This document shows, one piece after another, positions 1-10,189 of a stretch of 64,000 nt of DNA. A program made the position numbers and the translations under genes. The DNA comes from a bacterium. GTDB lineage: Bacteria > CLD3 > SB21. The notes beneath the pieces were generated by a model, which did no database searches, had not been told where the DNA came from, and was given only the letters and a program-made list of their open reading frames with translations. Positions within the stretch are counted from its first letter, which is position 1; every line of letters starts with the position of its first letter. Location: NCBI GenBank assembly GCA_008933615.1, contig WBUR01000022.1, positions 2,413-66,412 of the forward strand. The letters are read 5' to 3'.

Positions 1-434
1 ATGTCCGCCGTTTGAAGCACAGGATATCCTAAATGCCCAAAATCAATTTTGGCCATCTCTTCGTCATTTGCATTCTCGATCAATCCCATTTCTCTTGCTT
101 GTTGTTTGACTGCAGGATTTCTGATTAACCACGGCGTCGGCGTAATCATCGAAAAAAGTAAATGAAGTTCGGCATGTTCTTTTACCAGCGACTGAAGCAT
201 GATAATACTCTTATTAGGATCAATTCCCACGGAGATCCAGTCAATCGCAGTTTCTAGAATGTATTCATTTAGTCTGGAAGTATCTTTGTAACCGGTCGTC
301 AACGCGTGCCAGTCAACAATTCCGTAGATAGTATCATATTCGCTTTGAAATTTAGTCCAGTTTTCTAAAGCCCCTACCAGGTGTCCCAAATGCAGTTTTC
401 CCGTCGGACGCATCCCGCTGAATATTCTTGGCAA
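1..434 (-). CDS. trpS: tryptophanyl-tRNA synthetase, N-terminal part (C-terminus lies beyond window start)
   Basis: Reverse-strand translation gives ...IFSGMRPTGKLHLGHLVGALENW..., the class I HIGH motif in the form typical of TrpRS. An AAGGAG Shine-Dalgarno sits 9 nt upstream of a TTG start at 432-434. An alternative ATG start lies at 411-413. Confidence 0.8.
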   Translation of the reverse strand, partial: MPRIFSGMRPTGKLHLGHLVGALENWTKFQSEYDTIYGIVDWHALTTGYKDTSRLNEYILETAIDWISVGIDPNKSIIMLQSLVKEHAELHLLFSMITPTPWLIRNPAVKQQAREMGLIENANDEEMAKIDFGHLGYPVLQTAD

Positions 435-494
435 ATGATTTAGCTCCTTCTTGTAAAAAAAACCTTGTTCAAATTAATAGAATTCGATACTCGA

Positions 495-1004
495 TCACTT
501 CATAAATAAATACTGCTTCCAGCGTTCATCCCGGACGCCCACATGTTTTTGTATGAAGCTCAAATGATGAGGTTTACGCGGATTGGTCATCAAGCGCATC
601 TGCGCTTCCTCCGGAGTCATGTCGCCTTTTCGATTATTGCAGTGAATGCAAGCCGTTATCATGTTTTCCCAAGTGTCTTTTCCGCCGCGAACTTTCGGCA
701 TAATATGATCCACCGTCATCGAGTGCGTCTTGCTTCCGCAATATTGACATTCAAAACCGTCCCGTTTTAAAATGTTTTTTCTGGACAGCATGATTCCTTT
801 ATTCTTTTTATATATATAGGAATATATCCTGACAATGCTTGGAAAGGGATAAGATGAACGGACGGAACGTACCGCTTTACCTTCTATCACTTCAATAATC
901 TCTGCCTTGCCCAAAAAGATCAATACAATGGCTTTTTTTACGTGACAAATGGTCATCGGCTCATAGTTCTGATTCAGAACGAGCACGTGGCCGCTTAGGG
1001 ACAT
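495..1004 (-). CDS. HNH endonuclease family protein
   Basis: 169-aa ORF whose C-terminal part reads CQYCG...HxxP...GG...NxxxxCxxCN, the classic HNH nuclease motif. It is a standalone small ORF. Confidence 0.8.
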   Translation of the reverse strand: MSLSGHVLVLNQNYEPMTICHVKKAIVLIFLGKAEIIEVIEGKAVRSVRSSYPFPSIVRIYSYIYKKNKGIMLSRKNILKRDGFECQYCGSKTHSMTVDHIMPKVRGGKDTWENMITACIHCNNRKGDMTPEEAQMRLMTNPRKPHHLSFIQKHVGVRDERWKQYLFMK

Positions 1005-1151
1005 AGAAAAATCACACCCACTTTCAATGGTTTACACATTAAGTAGAGTTTTTACTAATGTTTAAGATACAGTAAAAAGAATCGTATGTCAAGAAAATGT
1101 TTTTTGTAACTCCCGCGAAATGCTGATTTTATGCCTGTCTACGATAGATAG

Positions 1152-1505
1152 TCAAACGCTACTCCTAGACGTATATTTGATGATCTCCACGCGCTCTAAT
1201 GTCACCAACACACCGCAGTTTGACTCATTAATCATATTTTCAAAAACCGGGAGCGCTTCTTTAATCCTCTCGTCCGAATCGACGATCTCGATCAGCATTG
1301 GCAAATCTTCAGACAACCGCAGGATTTTTGCAGTGTGAATTCTGGAGTTTGCTCCAAAACCTTCTATGCCCCTTAAAACGGTCGAACCGGCCATACCTAT
1401 TTCCTTAGCCTTTTCAACAATGGCCTCAAAAAGCGGTTTTGAATGGAATTTATCCGATTCCCCGACAAATATTCTCAGCAATTTTCCTTCGCCATCGATC
1501 TTCAT
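1152..1505 (-). CDS. DUF190 (PII-like) protein associated with CrcB
   Basis: 117-aa ORF directly downstream of crcB in the same orientation. DUF190/PII-like partners of fluoride channels commonly sit here. Confidence 0.7.
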   Translation of the reverse strand: MKIDGEGKLLRIFVGESDKFHSKPLFEAIVEKAKEIGMAGSTVLRGIEGFGANSRIHTAKILRLSEDLPMLIEIVDSDERIKEALPVFENMINESNCGVLVTLERVEIIKYTSRSSV

Positions 1506-1518
1506 AGTATACTCCCTT

Positions 1519-1890
1519 TCATATAATACGCGCTGTTATAAAACCCAACCAAACAGCAGTCAGGCCTATCAAAACGCTACTGATAATATTATACGAAGCG
1601 CGCATGAATTCTCCGTCTCTCAATAACGAAAACGTCTCATAACCGAACGTGGAAAAGGTTGTAAATCCGCCCAGAATCCCGACGGTAATAAATATTCTGA
1701 GCTGCGGATCAACAAAATATCGATTTTCAGTTAACTCCATGAAAAGTCCGATCAAAAAGCAGCCAATAATATTCACCGCCAATGTGCCGTATGGAAAACC
1801 CGTTCCTGCAAACTGATAGACAATGCCCTGCAGAGCATACCGACTAATCGCGCCGATTGCGCCCCCGATTCCAATAAGTATATATTTCAT
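1519..1890 (-). CDS. crcB: fluoride ion channel CrcB/FluC
   Basis: 123-aa four-helix membrane protein (MKYILIGIGGAIGAISRYAL...GTLAVNIIGCF) with CrcB family length and motifs. Confidence 0.9.
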   Translation of the reverse strand: MKYILIGIGGAIGAISRYALQGIVYQFAGTGFPYGTLAVNIIGCFLIGLFMELTENRYFVDPQLRIFITVGILGGFTTFSTFGYETFSLLRDGEFMRASYNIISSVLIGLTAVWLGFITARII

Positions 1891-1903
1891 AGCTGCACGG
1901 CCC

Positions 1904-2773
1904 TTACACTAATAACCATACATCCGCTGCTGTAAATATAAAGTAGATCATACTGATGATTCCATTCATATTAAAAAAAGCCATATTGATTTTTGAAAGA
2001 TCATGCGCGCGGATAAGGTTTTGTTCGTAAACAAGGATAATTCCCACGATCACAACTCCAGTGAAATACAGCCAAGACAACGCAAGCCAGAACCCAAGAA
2101 TAATTAGAACAAGAAAAGCCATTGCATGTAACATCCTGGAAATGCGCAGCGCATTGACAACGCCAAATGTTTTTGGAATCGAGAACAGATTCTCCTTCTT
2201 ATCAAATTCATAATCCTGACAGGCGTAGATAACATCGAATCCAGCAACCCAGCATACAACGCCGCACCCTAAAAGGAATGCCTGCCAACCCCATTCCCCC
2301 GTAATGGCAATCCATGCACCTAAAGGCGCCACGCCTAATGCGGCACCTAAAAACAAATGTGCAAAGGAAGTAAAACGTTTTGTATAAGAATAAAAGAAAA
2401 CGATCGCCAGCGCCAGCGGTGATAATTTGAAACACAGATCGTTGAGACAATACGATGCTCCAACAAGTAAAAGCGACGAAGCCAGAACAAACAGAGTGGC
2501 CTGGGCTTTCGAAACAGCCCCGGTCGGTATCTCGCGGTGAGCTGTTCGCGGATTTTGTGAATCAATGCGGGCGTCCACAATCCGATTGAAACCCATGGCT
2601 GCGCTGCGTGCGCCCACCATAGCAACCATGATCCAGAATATTTTTTCAATAGATAGGTGAAAATATCGTGACGCAAGCACTGCCGAGGTCAATGCAAACG
2701 GCAGGGCAAAAATTGTGTGCGAAAACTTAATCATGCTACCAAAACGCACGATCGCCGAAATAACAGATTTCAT
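1904..2773 (-). CDS. UbiA family aromatic prenyltransferase
   Basis: 289-aa polytopic membrane protein with Asp-rich motifs (NRIVDARIDSQNPRT... and DVIYACQDYEFD) typical of the UbiA superfamily. Confidence 0.8.
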   Translation of the reverse strand: MKSVISAIVRFGSMIKFSHTIFALPFALTSAVLASRYFHLSIEKIFWIMVAMVGARSAAMGFNRIVDARIDSQNPRTAHREIPTGAVSKAQATLFVLASSLLLVGASYCLNDLCFKLSPLALAIVFFYSYTKRFTSFAHLFLGAALGVAPLGAWIAITGEWGWQAFLLGCGVVCWVAGFDVIYACQDYEFDKKENLFSIPKTFGVVNALRISRMLHAMAFLVLIILGFWLALSWLYFTGVVIVGIILVYEQNLIRAHDLSKINMAFFNMNGIISMIYFIFTAADVWLLV

Positions 2774-2790
2774 ATTTTATGCAGATGGGG

Positions 2791-3372
2791 CTAGTTGGGT
2801 GCGGTAAATTCGTCACGAATAAAGGCGTTTAGGTTCTCAAATTTCATTTTTGGATACCCGTGTTCCCTCGCTGCGTCAAAATAACGGCGCGCCGTTATTT
2901 CATCGTTTCGCAAAACATAGATAACCGAGAGATTAAAAAAGGCAACCGGATATTTTGAGTCGGTTTGAAGTGCCCGATTGAGAAATTGTTCAGCTTGCTC
3001 GAGGTTCCTTTTATATATATTGCATTTCCCTAGATAGGCCAATGCAACGGCTTCCACTTTGAATGAATATAACCCGTAGGAGAAGAACATCAGCCACTTG
3101 ATCCATGGCGATTCTTCGACGTCTTTGAGAAACAGCTCGAATCGTTGAATGGCTTTGTCATAGTTTTTCTTTTCCAGGTTTTTGCGGCCTTTGAAAAAAT
3201 CACGCCAATAATATTGAACTAATCTTCCCGGAACCAAAAAAACAAGCGCAATGATCAAAAGTTGGTATAGTTCCCAGTGAAAATTCGTTATCAGATATGC
3301 AAAAGCGATGAGTACAAGCAACAACACCGCAAAATATAGAACCCGGTTGCGTGCGACACGATGTTTAAACAT
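2791..3372 (-). CDS. membrane protein with TPR-like repeat, hypothetical
   Basis: 193-aa ORF with two N-terminal transmembrane segments followed by TPR-like helices. It is in the same orientation as the crcB operon, with a 17-nt gap. Confidence 0.5.
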   Translation of the reverse strand: MFKHRVARNRVLYFAVLLLVLIAFAYLITNFHWELYQLLIIALVFLVPGRLVQYYWRDFFKGRKNLEKKNYDKAIQRFELFLKDVEESPWIKWLMFFSYGLYSFKVEAVALAYLGKCNIYKRNLEQAEQFLNRALQTDSKYPVAFFNLSVIYVLRNDEITARRYFDAAREHGYPKMKFENLNAFIRDEFTAPN

Positions 3373-3516
3373 AAGAACCTCTCCATTTTTACATTGTCAT
3401 ATACTAATATTTTCGACTCTTTTCAAGAATTTTTGTTGTTAAACAAACTCTTGCATTGAAAAATGCAGTACCATACATTATTTGGTTACTATTCAATTTT
3501 ATACACCTGATGGGCG

Positions 3517-4281
3517 ATGATTATTCTGTCGTGGAACGTTAACGGCCTGCGCGCCGTTTCCAAAAAAGGTTTCCTCCAATGGTTTGCTCAGGCTTCGCCT
3601 GACGTGTTATGTTTGCAGGAAATCAAGGCGCAAACCGACCAACTTGACGAGTCCCTGCTTCATCCGGACGGTTATGAAGGCTATTTCAATAGCGCCGAAA
3701 GAAAAGGGTACAGCGGCGTAGCAACCTATTGCGCAAAAAAACCTGTCGATTTTAAGAACGGATTTGGCATTGCAAAATTTGATTCTGAAGGACGCGTCTT
3801 GATGACCGATCACGGGGATTTTTTGCTATTCAACATCTATTTTCCAAATGGAAAAATGCGCCAGGAACGGCTGGACTATAAAATGGAATTTTATGAAGAG
3901 GTTTTGAAGTATTTTGAATCACTCAGGAAAAAAGGCAAGAAACTGGTTATTTGCGGCGATTACAATACCGCCCACAAAGAAATCGATCTCGCCCGGCCCA
4001 AGGAAAATGAGAAGATTTCCGGATTTCTGCCCATGGAACGCGCCTGGATGGATACATTAGTGGCTCACGGATTTGTCGACACGTTCAGGCAATTTAATAA
4101 GGAACCCGAACAATATACATGGTGGGATATGCAAACGTTTGCAAGACAGAGAAACGTTGGTTGGCGAATCGATTATCATTTTATATCCGAAGATCTTCTA
4201 CCGCACCTGAAAAATGCGTGGATAATGCCCGACGTTTTGGGATCGGATCATTGTCCCGTTGGCATTGAACTCGTTTTCTGA
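3517..4281 (+). CDS. xth: exodeoxyribonuclease III
   Basis: 254-aa ORF starting MIILSWNVNGLRA...LCLQEIK and ending ...DHCPV, the ExoIII/APE1 family signature. Confidence 0.9.
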   Translation: MIILSWNVNGLRAVSKKGFLQWFAQASPDVLCLQEIKAQTDQLDESLLHPDGYEGYFNSAERKGYSGVATYCAKKPVDFKNGFGIAKFDSEGRVLMTDHGDFLLFNIYFPNGKMRQERLDYKMEFYEEVLKYFESLRKKGKKLVICGDYNTAHKEIDLARPKENEKISGFLPMERAWMDTLVAHGFVDTFRQFNKEPEQYTWWDMQTFARQRNVGWRIDYHFISEDLLPHLKNAWIMPDVLGSDHCPVGIELVF

Positions 4282-4397
4282 TGCCGATTACCGCCCTCCA
4301 TCTAACCACAAAAATCCAATTTTCACCTTGCAATTTTTAATATCAATCTGTATATTTTTTTTCAATTTATACCGTATATTATACAATATTTTTTGGA

Positions 4398-5276
4398 GTG
4401 TTCCACGCCGTGTCTGCCCGCAATACTGATAAGTCCTCACGCAAGTCGGTCTTCGACGCCTTCACCCGTAATTTCTCAAAATCTAAAAAAGAAAAATTAT
4501 TAGCCGAGGTGCAAGAAGCGGGTAATTTGCCGAGGCACATTGCGATCATTATGGATGGCAACGGCCGTTGGGCAAAAGAACGCGGCATGCCGCGAATTGC
4601 CGGACACAATCAGGGCGTGAAATCGGTGAAAGAAATCGTTGAAGCCTGCGGTGAATTAGGCATTGAGGCTTTGACCCTATACGCTTTCAGCCAGGAAAAC
4701 TGGAAAAGGCCTACTTGGGAGGTTTCAGCTCTGATGAAGCTGCTGATGCGTACGATTAATAACGAGATCGACAACCTCAATTCGAACAATGTTCGCATTA
4801 AAACCATAGGCCATATTGAACTCCTGCCGCCTGAAACACTTAAACAAGTCCAAACCGCGATCAACATTACTAAAAGCAACACGGGCTTGGTATTGAATCT
4901 TGCATTAAGCTACAGCGCACGAATCGAGATCATGGATGCCGTCAAAAAGATTGCAAAGAACATAATTCAAAATTCGATTAACTTTGAAAAGATAGACGAA
5001 GATTTTTTTTCAAAAAACCTGGACACTTGGGATTTGCCCGATCCGGACCTGGTTATTCGAACGAGCGGAGAATACAGGATAAGCAATTTCCTCTTATGGC
5101 AGATCGCTTATTCTGAAATTTATATAACGGACACGTACTGGCCTGATTTCAGAAAACCGCAATTGTATGAAGCCATTCGCAATTATCAGAAACGGGAACG
5201 TCGTTTCGGGAAAGTAAGCGAACAGGTCAACGTCGAAAAAAAACATGCAAAAAAAACGATCCACGGCAAAAAATAA
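4398..5276 (+). CDS. uppS: undecaprenyl diphosphate synthase (cis-prenyltransferase)
   Basis: Contains HIAIIMDGNGRWAKERG...LTLYAFSQENWKRP...RTSGEYRISNFLLWQ. It has an N-terminal extension of about 40 aa relative to typical UppS, so the true start may be internal. Confidence 0.85.
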   Translation: MFHAVSARNTDKSSRKSVFDAFTRNFSKSKKEKLLAEVQEAGNLPRHIAIIMDGNGRWAKERGMPRIAGHNQGVKSVKEIVEACGELGIEALTLYAFSQENWKRPTWEVSALMKLLMRTINNEIDNLNSNNVRIKTIGHIELLPPETLKQVQTAINITKSNTGLVLNLALSYSARIEIMDAVKKIAKNIIQNSINFEKIDEDFFSKNLDTWDLPDPDLVIRTSGEYRISNFLLWQIAYSEIYITDTYWPDFRKPQLYEAIRNYQKRERRFGKVSEQVNVEKKHAKKTIHGKK

Positions 5277-5337
5277 AATTGTTTACATCAGTGTGCTCAA
5301 ATTCATTCACTCAACAACGGAACGGAAATTCTCATTA

Positions 5338-7719
5338 ATGAAAAAATTGTTTTTGCATCGTCTGCCCATCGTGCTTGTTATGGCCCTGATCTCATGTCTT
5401 TTCACTGTTCACATTGCAGCGCAGACGCAAGGCTTGGCGGGGCGTCCTAAGATCGCTTCGATCAAAGTTGAGGGTAATCTCAAATCGGATGCTGAACTTA
5501 TTATTATAGCCTCCGGCCTTTCTGTAAGTCAAGAATTCAATGCTGATGATATTACCAAAGCCATAGAAAACTTATGGGAAATGAACGTTTTCAAAGATAT
5601 CCAGGTTTATGGCGAGCAAGTCGAAGACGGTATTGAGGTAGTTATCGTAGTGAAAGAATATCCAAGACTCGAATCGATGGACTTGGAAGGCCAGGACAAT
5701 ATTGATGAAGAAGACATTAGAGGTAAAATGGGGCTTTATACTTCGCAAACCGTAAGCCCCCAGCACATCAAAAAAGCAATCGAACGTATAAAAAGAAAAT
5801 ATGCGGAAGAAGGTTATTTGAATGCCGATGTGGAGATCACAACCTACGCTTCACAAAATGATTCCAACAAAGTCTTGCTTAAGATAAAAATCACCGAAGG
5901 AGCAAAAGTCAAAATTCGGGGAATCAACTTTTTTGGCAACTACTCCTTTGCCGACGCAAAACTGGAAGGTACCTTTGACGACACCAAATCCAAGTCCGGC
6001 GTTTTTCGGTGGTTTAAAGGAGGAGATTTCGATGAAAAAAAATACAGAGAAGACGTTAAGAAGTTAATTGCATATTATAAGAAAAAAGGGTACCGGGATT
6101 TCCAAGTTGTAAATGACTCTACGTATTATGCAAAGAACAAAAAAGATTTTTTTATAGATATTCACGTTGAAGAAGGCGTTAAATACAGAATTGGAGACGT
6201 TAGGTGGACAGGCAATACACTTTTTTCCAATGAAGAATTAAGCCATGCTTTCGGGTTCAGCCGTGGAGAGATTTTCAATCAGGAAAAATACGACAAAAAC
6301 ATGCAGGAACAGGTCAATGCGATGTATTACGATCGCGGCTACATCTTCGCTCAGATAGTTCCAATTGAAAAACCGGTCAGCAAAGATACGCTCGACCTTG
6401 AATTTATCGTAACCGAAGGTAACCAGGTATACATCGAGAAAGTTGAAATAAGAAATAACACCAAGACCAAAGAAAAAGTCATTCGGCGCGACGTAGTTGC
6501 ATTCCCCGGTGAAAAATTCAGTCGCGAGGCATTGATACGATCCCAACGAAACCTTATGGTTCTCAATTATTTTGAAAACGTGATTCCCGATGTGCAGCCG
6601 ATAAGCCAAGACAAGGTCAATGTCATCATGACGGTCACTGAGAAACCGACGGACACAGCAAATTTATCGATGGGATACAGCGCGCAGGACGGACTAATTG
6701 GGTCTGCCGGCGTTGCATTTAACAATTTCCTTGGCAATGGACAGATAGTGAGCTTGAATCTCCAATTAGGCGGCGCCGGATATAGGGTGTTTTCCGTCGG
6801 ATTTTCCGAGCCTTACCTCTTTGATACCCGTACATCCTTCGGTGCCAGTTTCTACTTTTCACTTGACGGCAATCGTCGCGCGCAGTACGTTGGGTATAAA
6901 CAAAGAAGTTTCGGCGGCTCAATCAGTTTCGGACGCAGGCTTAAATGGCCTGATGATTATTTCCTGGCAAACTGGTCGGTCGGTTACGCTAATTCAACTT
7001 TGAAACCGTTGAGTTTATCGAATTTATTCCCCCAGTTTACTTATGGTCAACAGCAGAGCCTGACTCTGACGCAGGTGATTCAACGTAACAGCAAAGATGC
7101 CGCTGAATTTCCAAAATCCGGTTCTGTTTACACATTGACAACCGACTTTGGCTTCGTTAGTATCGACACCTCCGGATATGCAAATGCAGTACGTGTATTG
7201 CCGCAGAATTACACGCGACATACTTTCCGAGCAGAAAATTATTACCCTACTTTATGGTCATTTGTTCTGTACACGGATTTTACCATGGGTTATTCACGAA
7301 CATTTAAGAGAAATCCTTTAGTTGAAGAAATTCCTCAACTTGATCGTTTTTATATGGGTGGAAGTGCTTTGGATATAGGTTCAATTCAATTACGAGGTTA
7401 TGGCGGCCGTGGCGTTGGACCGCAAGAGAGCGGTTTTGCCGCCGGCGGAGCTTCGATGGTAAAATACTCGGCAGAAATACGATTACCAGTCATTCCAAGC
7501 CCGACCATGTATATTCTGGGATTCGCCGAAGCAGGCAATGTATTTCGTTCACTGAGCGAGACTGATCCGTTTAAGGTGAAACGATCCTTTGGATATGGAT
7601 TTAGGCTCTTTATGCCGCTGGTTGGAGTCATCGGATTGGACGTGGCTTATGGATTAGATAAAACGAATAAGAATCGGAATTTCCCACGTTTTCATTTCCA
7701 GTTGGGACAACAATTCTAA
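5338..7719 (+). CDS. bamA: outer membrane protein assembly factor BamA (Omp85, POTRA repeats plus beta-barrel)
   Basis: Signal peptide MKKLFLHRLPIVLVMALISC, repeated POTRA-like modules, C-terminal barrel with terminal aromatic residue. The ORF-track start at 5245 overlaps uppS, so start was placed at the Met before the signal peptide. Confidence 0.9.
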   Translation: MKKLFLHRLPIVLVMALISCLFTVHIAAQTQGLAGRPKIASIKVEGNLKSDAELIIIASGLSVSQEFNADDITKAIENLWEMNVFKDIQVYGEQVEDGIEVVIVVKEYPRLESMDLEGQDNIDEEDIRGKMGLYTSQTVSPQHIKKAIERIKRKYAEEGYLNADVEITTYASQNDSNKVLLKIKITEGAKVKIRGINFFGNYSFADAKLEGTFDDTKSKSGVFRWFKGGDFDEKKYREDVKKLIAYYKKKGYRDFQVVNDSTYYAKNKKDFFIDIHVEEGVKYRIGDVRWTGNTLFSNEELSHAFGFSRGEIFNQEKYDKNMQEQVNAMYYDRGYIFAQIVPIEKPVSKDTLDLEFIVTEGNQVYIEKVEIRNNTKTKEKVIRRDVVAFPGEKFSREALIRSQRNLMVLNYFENVIPDVQPISQDKVNVIMTVTEKPTDTANLSMGYSAQDGLIGSAGVAFNNFLGNGQIVSLNLQLGGAGYRVFSVGFSEPYLFDTRTSFGASFYFSLDGNRRAQYVGYKQRSFGGSISFGRRLKWPDDYFLANWSVGYANSTLKPLSLSNLFPQFTYGQQQSLTLTQVIQRNSKDAAEFPKSGSVYTLTTDFGFVSIDTSGYANAVRVLPQNYTRHTFRAENYYPTLWSFVLYTDFTMGYSRTFKRNPLVEEIPQLDRFYMGGSALDIGSIQLRGYGGRGVGPQESGFAAGGASMVKYSAEIRLPVIPSPTMYILGFAEAGNVFRSLSETDPFKVKRSFGYGFRLFMPLVGVIGLDVAYGLDKTNKNRNFPRFHFQLGQQF

Positions 7720-7734
7720 TCACAGGAGTCTAAC

Positions 7735-8427
7735 GTGAAAAAAAATATTTTCATCTTTTTATGCGGGATCGTTTTGCAATGTCCGGCTATTTATGCACAG
7801 AATAAGATCGCCTATATCGATTTTCAATATATCATATCCCAAGTGAAGTCAGCTGAAGATGTTCAAATCGAGATTCAGAAGCTGGCTTCAGATTGGACAA
7901 ACGAAATTGTGGCCATGACGGACACTCTTACGAATCTTGAAAAGGACATTGAAACAGTCAGTCTTACGCTGAGTAAATCGGGAAGAGAAATACTCGAAAA
8001 AAGAATCAGTGATAAACGGCAGAAAATTGCTGCATTTCAGGAGCAAAAGTTTTCACCGGTCACAGGTGAATTATACAAGAAGCAGCAAGAATTACTCCAG
8101 CCGCTTATCGACAGAGTTCGCCGTGCCATTGATAATGTGAGGCTTCGTGAAAAAATAGATGTTATTTTTGACGTATCGGCAGGAAACCCGGTTTCCATCG
8201 ACAAAAAATATGACGTGACCATTTTGGTTATAGACGAACTGGTCGCCGTTGGCCTTACTGTTAAGGAACAAGCCGTCAGCACCGAGTCGCGCACAAATAT
8301 CCCCTCCGGTGGTCAACGAGAAATTCAATCCGGTTCAAGAAAAGTACAACCCGGCAAGGTGGAAGAAAAAGGTAAATCTCAGCAAATTGACGAGCCTAAC
8401 AAACAAGAAAAAATAGAAGACAAATAG
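7735..8427 (+). CDS. OmpH/Skp family periplasmic chaperone
   Basis: 230-aa ORF with signal peptide and a coiled-coil Skp-like domain, immediately after bamA. Confidence 0.8.
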   Translation: MKKNIFIFLCGIVLQCPAIYAQNKIAYIDFQYIISQVKSAEDVQIEIQKLASDWTNEIVAMTDTLTNLEKDIETVSLTLSKSGREILEKRISDKRQKIAAFQEQKFSPVTGELYKKQQELLQPLIDRVRRAIDNVRLREKIDVIFDVSAGNPVSIDKKYDVTILVIDELVAVGLTVKEQAVSTESRTNIPSGGQREIQSGSRKVQPGKVEEKGKSQQIDEPNKQEKIEDK

Positions 8428-8468
8428 TAGTTTGCATCATATATTTAACATCCTAAGGAGACAATGAA

Positions 8469-9044
8469 GTGAAACGCTTAATCATGATACTCAGTGTTGT
8501 TCTGCTGGGAATGACGGCTAAATCAACCAGCGCACAAAGCAAGATCGGTTACGTCGATTCTCAAAAGATCATGCAGTCTTTAAAAGAAACGCAAGCCGTT
8601 CAAGCTAAACTGCAAGTGGAACAGGAAAAAATGGCCAAACAATTTCAATATCTGCAGGATTCTCTGGCAAATGCTCAGGACGACTTTGTAAATAATTATA
8701 AGAATAATCCTCTTATAAAAGAGAATATCAGACAATCCATTCAGAAAGGGATTGAAGAATTGGCGTATTATGTGCAGACTGCAGGCCAACGCTATAATGA
8801 AGAATTAGGTAAAAAGCAGCAAGAACTGATGCAACCCATTTTTGACAAAGTTAAGAAGGCCTTAGAAAACGTACGTAAGGCCGAAGGCATGGACTTTATT
8901 CTGGATTCTGCGTCAGGTATTTTGCTGGCTGAAGATACCAAATACGACCTGACGGAAAAAGCCATAAATGAATTGATAAAAATGGCCGGAACAACAACCA
9001 AAGATACCGGTGTAAAAGAAACCAAAGACACGGGCAAAAAATAG
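8469..9044 (+). CDS. OmpH/Skp family periplasmic chaperone (second copy)
   Basis: 191-aa paralog of the preceding ORF (KIGYVDSQKIMQ...). GTG start with an AAGGAGA Shine-Dalgarno sequence upstream. Two tandem Skp genes after bamA are typical of Bacteroidota/Chlorobi-like genomes. Confidence 0.8.
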   Translation: MKRLIMILSVVLLGMTAKSTSAQSKIGYVDSQKIMQSLKETQAVQAKLQVEQEKMAKQFQYLQDSLANAQDDFVNNYKNNPLIKENIRQSIQKGIEELAYYVQTAGQRYNEELGKKQQELMQPIFDKVKKALENVRKAEGMDFILDSASGILLAEDTKYDLTEKAINELIKMAGTTTKDTGVKETKDTGKK

Positions 9045-9065
9045 CAATTTTTCAATCCGTCTCAT

Positions 9066-9100
9066 AAATGGAAACTCTTCCCGGAGAGTTTCCATTTTTT
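9066..9100 (+). terminator. intrinsic terminator after skp
   Basis: Hairpin AAATGGAAACTCT-TCCCG-GAGAGTTTCCATTT followed by a T6 tract. Confidence 0.6.
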
Positions 9101-9116
9101 ATTCACACGTATTATT

Positions 9117-10139
9117 ATGATTTCATTTAGTCAAATTGCCGTTGAAATCAACTTAAATATTGTTGGCAGAGATATTTCCATCTCCAATATTTCAGACCCT
9201 GTTAAAGCGCTTGAGAATGAAGCCGTTTTTATTATCCAAAAAAAAACATTATATCATAAAAATATTATTCGCTCAAAAGCCTGGATCATAAATAAGGCGC
9301 TGTTCAATCCGGATCTTTCACAATTTTTAGAAAACTCGCAAATCAGCTACATCGTTTCAGACGATATTTACGATGCATTGTCCAAAGTAATCCGGTTATT
9401 CTACCCAAGTATGCAGTTGAAACCGTTGATTCATTCGTCGGCAGTCATAGATGAATTTGCAGATTGTGAAAAAACGGTGCACATAGGGCCGCACGTTACT
9501 ATTGGAGCCTATTCTCATATCGGAAGTCGGGTAACGATCATGGCAAATTCTTTTATTGGAAATCATGTTCAAATCGGCGACCACACCATTATTTATCCCA
9601 ATGTGACTATTTACGATAACTCATGGATCGGAAAGAACGTAATCATTCATGCGGGAACAGTTGTCGGTTCCGACGGATTTGGCTATTATAAACAAAATGA
9701 TCGTCACCAAAAAATTCCGCATGTCGGGAAAGTAGTGATCGAAGATGATGTGGAAATTGGCTCTAACTGTACGATAGATCGCGGTACGTTGGGTGAAACA
9801 CGCATTATGAGAGGTTCTAAACTGGATAATTTGGTTCAAATCGCGCACAATGTAATCATAGGCAAGAATACGCTGATTGCCGCTCAATCGGGCATCGCCG
9901 GAAGTACGACCATAGGCGACTGCGTTACGATTGCTGGACAGGTTGGCATCGTAGGACACATCACCGTGGGAAACAATGTTACCATCGGCGCGCAGTCAGG
10001 GGTCATTTCTTCTATCGGCAATGGAGAAACAGTTTCCGGATATCCAGCGCAGAACCATGCAGAATCTCTGAGAAAAGAAGCCTATATTCGAAAAATTCCG
10101 GATATACTTAGGAAACTTAAACAGAAACCTGATAAATAG
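9117..10139 (+). CDS. lpxD: UDP-3-O-acylglucosamine N-acyltransferase
   Basis: 340-aa ORF with left-handed beta-helix hexapeptide repeats, in the canonical bamA-skp-lpxD position. Confidence 0.85.
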   Translation: MISFSQIAVEINLNIVGRDISISNISDPVKALENEAVFIIQKKTLYHKNIIRSKAWIINKALFNPDLSQFLENSQISYIVSDDIYDALSKVIRLFYPSMQLKPLIHSSAVIDEFADCEKTVHIGPHVTIGAYSHIGSRVTIMANSFIGNHVQIGDHTIIYPNVTIYDNSWIGKNVIIHAGTVVGSDGFGYYKQNDRHQKIPHVGKVVIEDDVEIGSNCTIDRGTLGETRIMRGSKLDNLVQIAHNVIIGKNTLIAAQSGIAGSTTIGDCVTIAGQVGIVGHITVGNNVTIGAQSGVISSIGNGETVSGYPAQNHAESLRKEAYIRKIPDILRKLKQKPDK

Positions 10140-10189
10140 TTTTGTGTATTGATTCACGCGTAAAATCTAATTAGATTTTAAAAAATTTT

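Noticed and set aside
3373-3516. Possible fluoride riboswitch upstream of the crcB-containing operon
   Set aside because: No match to the conserved crcB-motif core elements on the minus strand when read by eye. The region is simply AT-rich promoter-like sequence.
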